This document shows, one piece after another, positions 58,801-64,000 of a stretch of DNA of 64,000 bases. A program made the translations under genes and the position numbers. Origin of the DNA: Eledone cirrhosa. Its lineage: Eukaryota. Within the stretch, counting starts at the first letter, position 1; each line of letters starts with the position of its first letter. The stretch spans positions 25,916,001 through 25,980,000 of the forward strand of contig OZ024742.1 in the NCBI GenBank assembly GCA_964016885.1, read 5' to 3'. The notes under the pieces were generated by a model. It saw only the letters and a program-made list of their open reading frames with translations, was not told where the DNA came from and ran no database searches.

Positions 58801-59788
58801 CTTCTTTTCAGTATTATATATATATAAATACAACGACATACGCACACATCTCCTATGTGTGTGTGTGTGTGGCGGGGGGGGGGGGGGGTATAATGGTATA
58901 TGGAGAAGAAAGATAGATGACTTAGTGATTATGGTGTTAATTTCACGATCACCTCGAAATCCCCTGAGCTCTCGGGGTAACGACAATAACTTTAAAGCCC
59001 TGTAGTCATAGTGATCTCTAGTAGTTAGCTGTATTGTGAGAGGTATGTCCAGGATTTATCCATTGTCTGTCTTTGTCTCTTTTGCTCATATTTTGAATTA
59101 TATTTATTATTGCTCTAACCAAATCAGAACTCTTTGGTTTCTGTCTTAAAATTGACTATACTTCACCTGCGTCCAATTTTTCTATTCGTTTTCCTTTTCC
59201 TATCTTAGTTTTTCCTGTATCTTTATATATCAACTCATTTCCTTTGTCTTCTATCTATTCTTCTCCTTTCGACTTTAGATCTCATCTCGCCTCCATATTC
59301 TTCTGTCCCAGTCAGTTGCTAATCTCCTTACAGTCAACAACGTAACGGTGTTTCTTCTAAGCAATAACACCTGAATTGTTCTCTCTCTTACTATTTGCCC
59401 CTGAGCAATGTGTTGCACACAGTACCCTGTTTCATCACTTTTCCTTTGATTTTCGTTTCTGTATGTAGTCGAAGGAAACTCATTTCGTCCTCTTTTACCG
59501 TATTTAATCGTCTTGTATTGTCACATGTTTTGTTTGGTTCAAACTTCGTGAGGTCTACGGGGAATTATACTAACCTGAAAGATCTTAGGTCTATGCGTGC
59601 TACAATACATAGCTTATGAGTATAGGCACAATTTGTATTTCCGTTGTATGTTTTGTCACGTAATATATATATGGAGTTGCGACCGATAGGAATTGGAAAG
59701 ACAAATGGAAACATTGTTTTCTCGATCCGATTTGGCGAAAGTCGATCGACTATTCAATTTTTCAATTTATGTATGTATGTATGTATGA

Positions 59789-59837
<49 letters not shown>

Positions 59838-59894
59838 CGTGTGTGTGTGTCTGTGTGTGTGTGTGTATGTGTGTATGTTTGTGTGTGTGTGTGT

Positions 59895-59960
<66 letters not shown>

Positions 59961-60150
59961 GCGTGCGTGTGTTGGATTCAATCGGAGAAAACAACAGATA
60001 GTAATACATTAGTAGAGATAGTAAAACATTAGTAGAGTGTAAACATCATGTTTAATACAGAAATAGCTTCTGCAAGTCTAGAACTGTTTCATTGAAATTA
60101 AATCATCGGAGGTTTCCAAATGATTTCTTTTGAATGAAACGGTTTTAGTC

Positions 60151-60199
<49 letters not shown>

Positions 60200-60375
60200 C
60201 ACTTAGATATCTATGCCTACGTACATAACTACATATTCCTGTACAAGTATGATAAATAGATGAACAGAGAAAGACAAATAGACAGAGAAGACATAGAAAT
60301 GTATAACAATGCTTTTATTAATTTATATCTTGCTACATTTTCCATCTTTCTCTCTCCCGTAGGACTCTCAGTTTC

Positions 60376-60452
<77 letters not shown>

Positions 60453-60724
60453 AATGTATATATATATATATATTTATATTTATATAATATATATATACAT
60501 ATACATATATAATATATATATATGTATATATATATATTATATATTATATAATATAATATATATATAATATATATATACATATGCATATACATATGCATAA
60601 ATATATATATATACATATATATATATGCTTATATGTATATATATATATGTATACATATATATATATATAAATATATATATATACATATATATATACATAT
60701 ATATACATATACATATATATATAC

Positions 60725-60786
<62 letters not shown>

Positions 60787-60821
60787 GTATATATATGTAT
60801 ATATATATATATTTATGTATA

Positions 60822-60881
<60 letters not shown>

Positions 60882-60892
60882 TATACATATAT

Positions 60893-60969
<77 letters not shown>

Positions 60970-60978
<9 letters not shown>

Positions 60979-61225
60979 CCTATATATGTCTGTGTGGGTG
61001 TATGTATTATATATATAAGCATATATAAAAGTATATATATATAATATATATACACACACCTATATATGGCTGTGTGGGTGTATGTATTATATAAATAAGC
61101 ATATATAAAAGTATATTTATATATATATATATATATATATATAAATGTATATATAATATATATATACACACACCTATATATGGCTGTGTGGGTGTATGTA
61201 TTATATTTATAAGCATATATAAATG
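60970..61225. repeat. Three-copy minisatellite
   Basis: TACACACACCTATATATGGCTGTGTGGGTGTATGTATT..AAGCATATATAAA repeated three times. Confidence 0.9.
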
Positions 61226-61262
61226 TGTGTATATATATATATATACACACACACAGAAACAA

Positions 61263-61295
<33 letters not shown>

Positions 61296-61729
61296 TAGAC
61301 AGAGAGAAACAGAAGGTGTGAGAGAGGGAGAAAGAGATAGTGTCACAGATAGGTAAGTAGATAGGTACACATGCTACCGATGCTAGTAGTAAAAGAAGAC
61401 ATCTATTCACATGATTCTATGCGCAATTCAAAAAGACATTCTCAGAAGTAGCAATCGGCATCGGTAATCAATAGAGTGATGCGATCTAGTATATATGATT
61501 GGACATAAAATCATTGAAGCAGGCCGAACTCTACACATATCTATTGGCATTTTGATAGCTCTAGACAGAACATACAGGCTGTATAATCCTGTATACACCG
61601 CTAACGACTATCTATTGCCAGTGACTGAGAAATGATCAGCGAAATATCAAGAATGACATTGAGTGTCATATTATTATGGCATATCTTTGTGATACTGCGT
61701 TTGTGGAGAAAGAAAGGAAGAGAGCAGGG

Positions 61730-61791
<62 letters not shown>

Positions 61792-61960
61792 GAGAGAGAG
61801 AGCGACATTGTGTGTCTTTGGATGTGGAGAAGATGAGTGTGTGGAGGAAGAGATAAAGAGAGAGGGTGTGTAAGTGTGTGTTGAGAAAGAGAGAACGTTT
61901 GAGTGTATGCATGCATGTGTGTGTTTATGGAGAAAGAGAAAAGTGTGAGATAGAGCTTGT

Positions 61961-62021
<61 letters not shown>

Positions 62022-62133
62022 GGAGCAGAAAAGGGGGAGAAAAGGGGGAGTTTGTATGTGTATATTTGTGGAGAAAGAGAGGGTTGCAGTGTGTGGAGAG
62101 ATAGAGAGAGAGAGATAGATAGATAGAGAGAGA

Positions 62134-62175
<42 letters not shown>

Positions 62176-62721
62176 TGGAGAGAAAGAGAACATTTAACAG
62201 TGTATATGTGTGTGTTTGTGGAGAAAGAGAAATAGAGAGAGTGTGTTTGCAGACAGAAGACGTGATAGAGTGTGTAGATATGTGTTAGTAAAGAGGAAGA
62301 GAGAGGCAGAAAGAGAAAGTGAAAGTAGAGAGAGTGTGTGTGTAGAGTAAGAGAGTGAGAAAGAGAAGACGTGAGTGAGTGTGTAGATATATGTTTGTAA
62401 AGAGAGAAAGAGAGAGAGAGAGAGTGAAAGAGGGGGAATGAGAGAGAGTGTGTAAATGTGTTTGTGGAGAGAGGGGAAATATTTCGAGTGAGAAGAAGAA
62501 ATGTGTAGAAGGAGAGAAATATTTGAGCAGCGATTGTAACATGAAATAACATGTGGACTTTGAAATATAGATGTTAGTATTGCCATAGGTGCATACACGC
62601 ATATAAACATATAGAGACTCATAAGCATATATACACAAATACCTGTATATACGTATACACACACACATACACACACACACACACACACACGCACACTCAC
62701 ACACACTCACACACGCACGCA

Positions 62722-62925
62722 CAAGAGATTGCAACATGAATGGACCTGTTATTTTCCTCTAAAAACATGTTTTTCTAATTACACCACGCCCGTCCCTTCA
62801 ATCTCTCTAATTTCTCATTCTTTCTTCTGATGAAGGGCTAGCGTCTGAAACGTTGCTATGTCAAGCGTTAACCTAATATATTCCTTCCATATACTGTACC
62901 GATTGCGTTGGTATTGCTGTATACA
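62722..62925 (+). mobile_element. Family E insertion with an HHR core at 62823-62854
   Basis: TCTT-CTGATGA-AGGGCTAGCGTCT-GAAACGTT; the 3' strand of stem I is deleted relative to 36644. Confidence 0.6.
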
Positions 62926-62949
62926 TTTTACGTATATATATATATATAC

Positions 62950-63028
<79 letters not shown>

Positions 63029-63226
63029 TGTAGATAAATCTACCAAAAGTTTGCGGTAGTGTCCAATCCGTATGAAGAACTCAATGTAATCCGGATATCA
63101 TGAAAAGAGAAGATGCATTCAAAAACTACTTTCGGTGAAAAATAAACGGAAAACAGAGTCAAGATAAATTATTAAAAAAATAATGAATAAACAAAGAAAC
63201 AGTTCCTTATATTAAACAAAAAAGTT

Positions 63227-63366
63227 CATTATTTTACGATCGTTTCTAGGATATATATGTGTTAGAATTGGTATGCATATTCTATAGATCTATGTACAAT
63301 ATTTATACAAACTATCAGAGGGAATATACATACCTTCACATATATATGCTGTCTTCAGAAATAATG
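63227..63366 (-). ncRNA. Type I hammerhead with a very long stem II
   Basis: Stem I CATTATTT/AAATAATG (8 bp); CTGAAGA; stem II includes ATATATATGTG/CACATATATAT; GAAA; palindromic ACGATCGT; GTA. Confidence 0.7.
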
Positions 63367-63542
63367 ATACTTGTTTATTGATAAGAACAAAGATTCAAAA
63401 CAATAGGTCTGTTTGGGAACAGGTTTTGAATTGACCAATCAGGAAATAGTGAGGGTCAAGATAGATAGCATTAGGAGAACCTTAAATTAAGGGTAGGGGA
63501 AGTAGATTTCAGTTTAGGAAGGAAAAGAGTATTATGAATGAA

Positions 63543-63725
63543 GGATTACTTTAGGAAAGAAGTAGGTCATATGTTGACCTCAGAAATAATTTTAATTGTT
63601 CATTGAATAAAACCAACAAAGATCCAATATAATAATGGATTACTTTAGGGAAGAAGTAGGTCATATGTTGACCTCAGATATAAATGTATTTGTCCATTGA
63701 CTAAAACCAACAAAGATCAAATATA
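63543..63725. repeat. Tandem duplication of about 95 bp
   Basis: GGATTACTTTAGG..AAGTAGGTCATATGTTGACCTCAGA at 63543 and 63638. Confidence 0.9.
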
Positions 63726-64000
63726 TTCTGTTTGTTAATATTTGGCCAAATGGTAAAATAGTAGTAATTGAAACTTATTTTAGGGGTGAAATTAGGTCAG
63801 GTGGTCAGTAGAAGGTATACAAGCAGTTGCTGTTATAAAATAGTGATGCCAATACAAATATCTAGGGTGACCAGAGTTTTAAGATAAGGATGTTAGTGAA
63901 AAAAATACATCTATGAAAAGGATATAAAATTAATTTAATTGATGGGTACATATATATATATATATATATTTTTTTTTTTTTCTGATAAAATTATACTAAT

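Overview
Eukaryotic, AT-rich, microsatellite-saturated, repeat-dominated DNA. The composition and SINE types suggest a cephalopod such as Octopus (inference only). No host protein-coding gene is recognisable; almost all short ORFs are (TA)n/(CA)n/(GA)n translation artefacts. Contents: three head-to-tail R4/Dong-type non-LTR retrotransposons (RT + restriction-like endonuclease, 1-11.1 kb); four decayed Penelope-like elements (PLEs); RTE fragments; a tandem non-autonomous Helitron pair; tRNA-derived SINEs. The main hidden signal is about 15 two-armed inverted insertions sitting in (TA)n tracts. They carry type I hammerhead ribozymes (HHRs) of roughly nine sequence families, several with non-canonical cores. 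In every insertion whose polarity can be read, the sense strand of both arms points outward. Two very young non-coding cases (591-nt and 467-nt units) have arms longer than one unit and circularly permuted ends. This is what double-ended, microsatellite-primed reverse transcription of a self-cleaving circular (retrozyme-like) RNA would produce. All structures were folded by eye; none were computed or tested.
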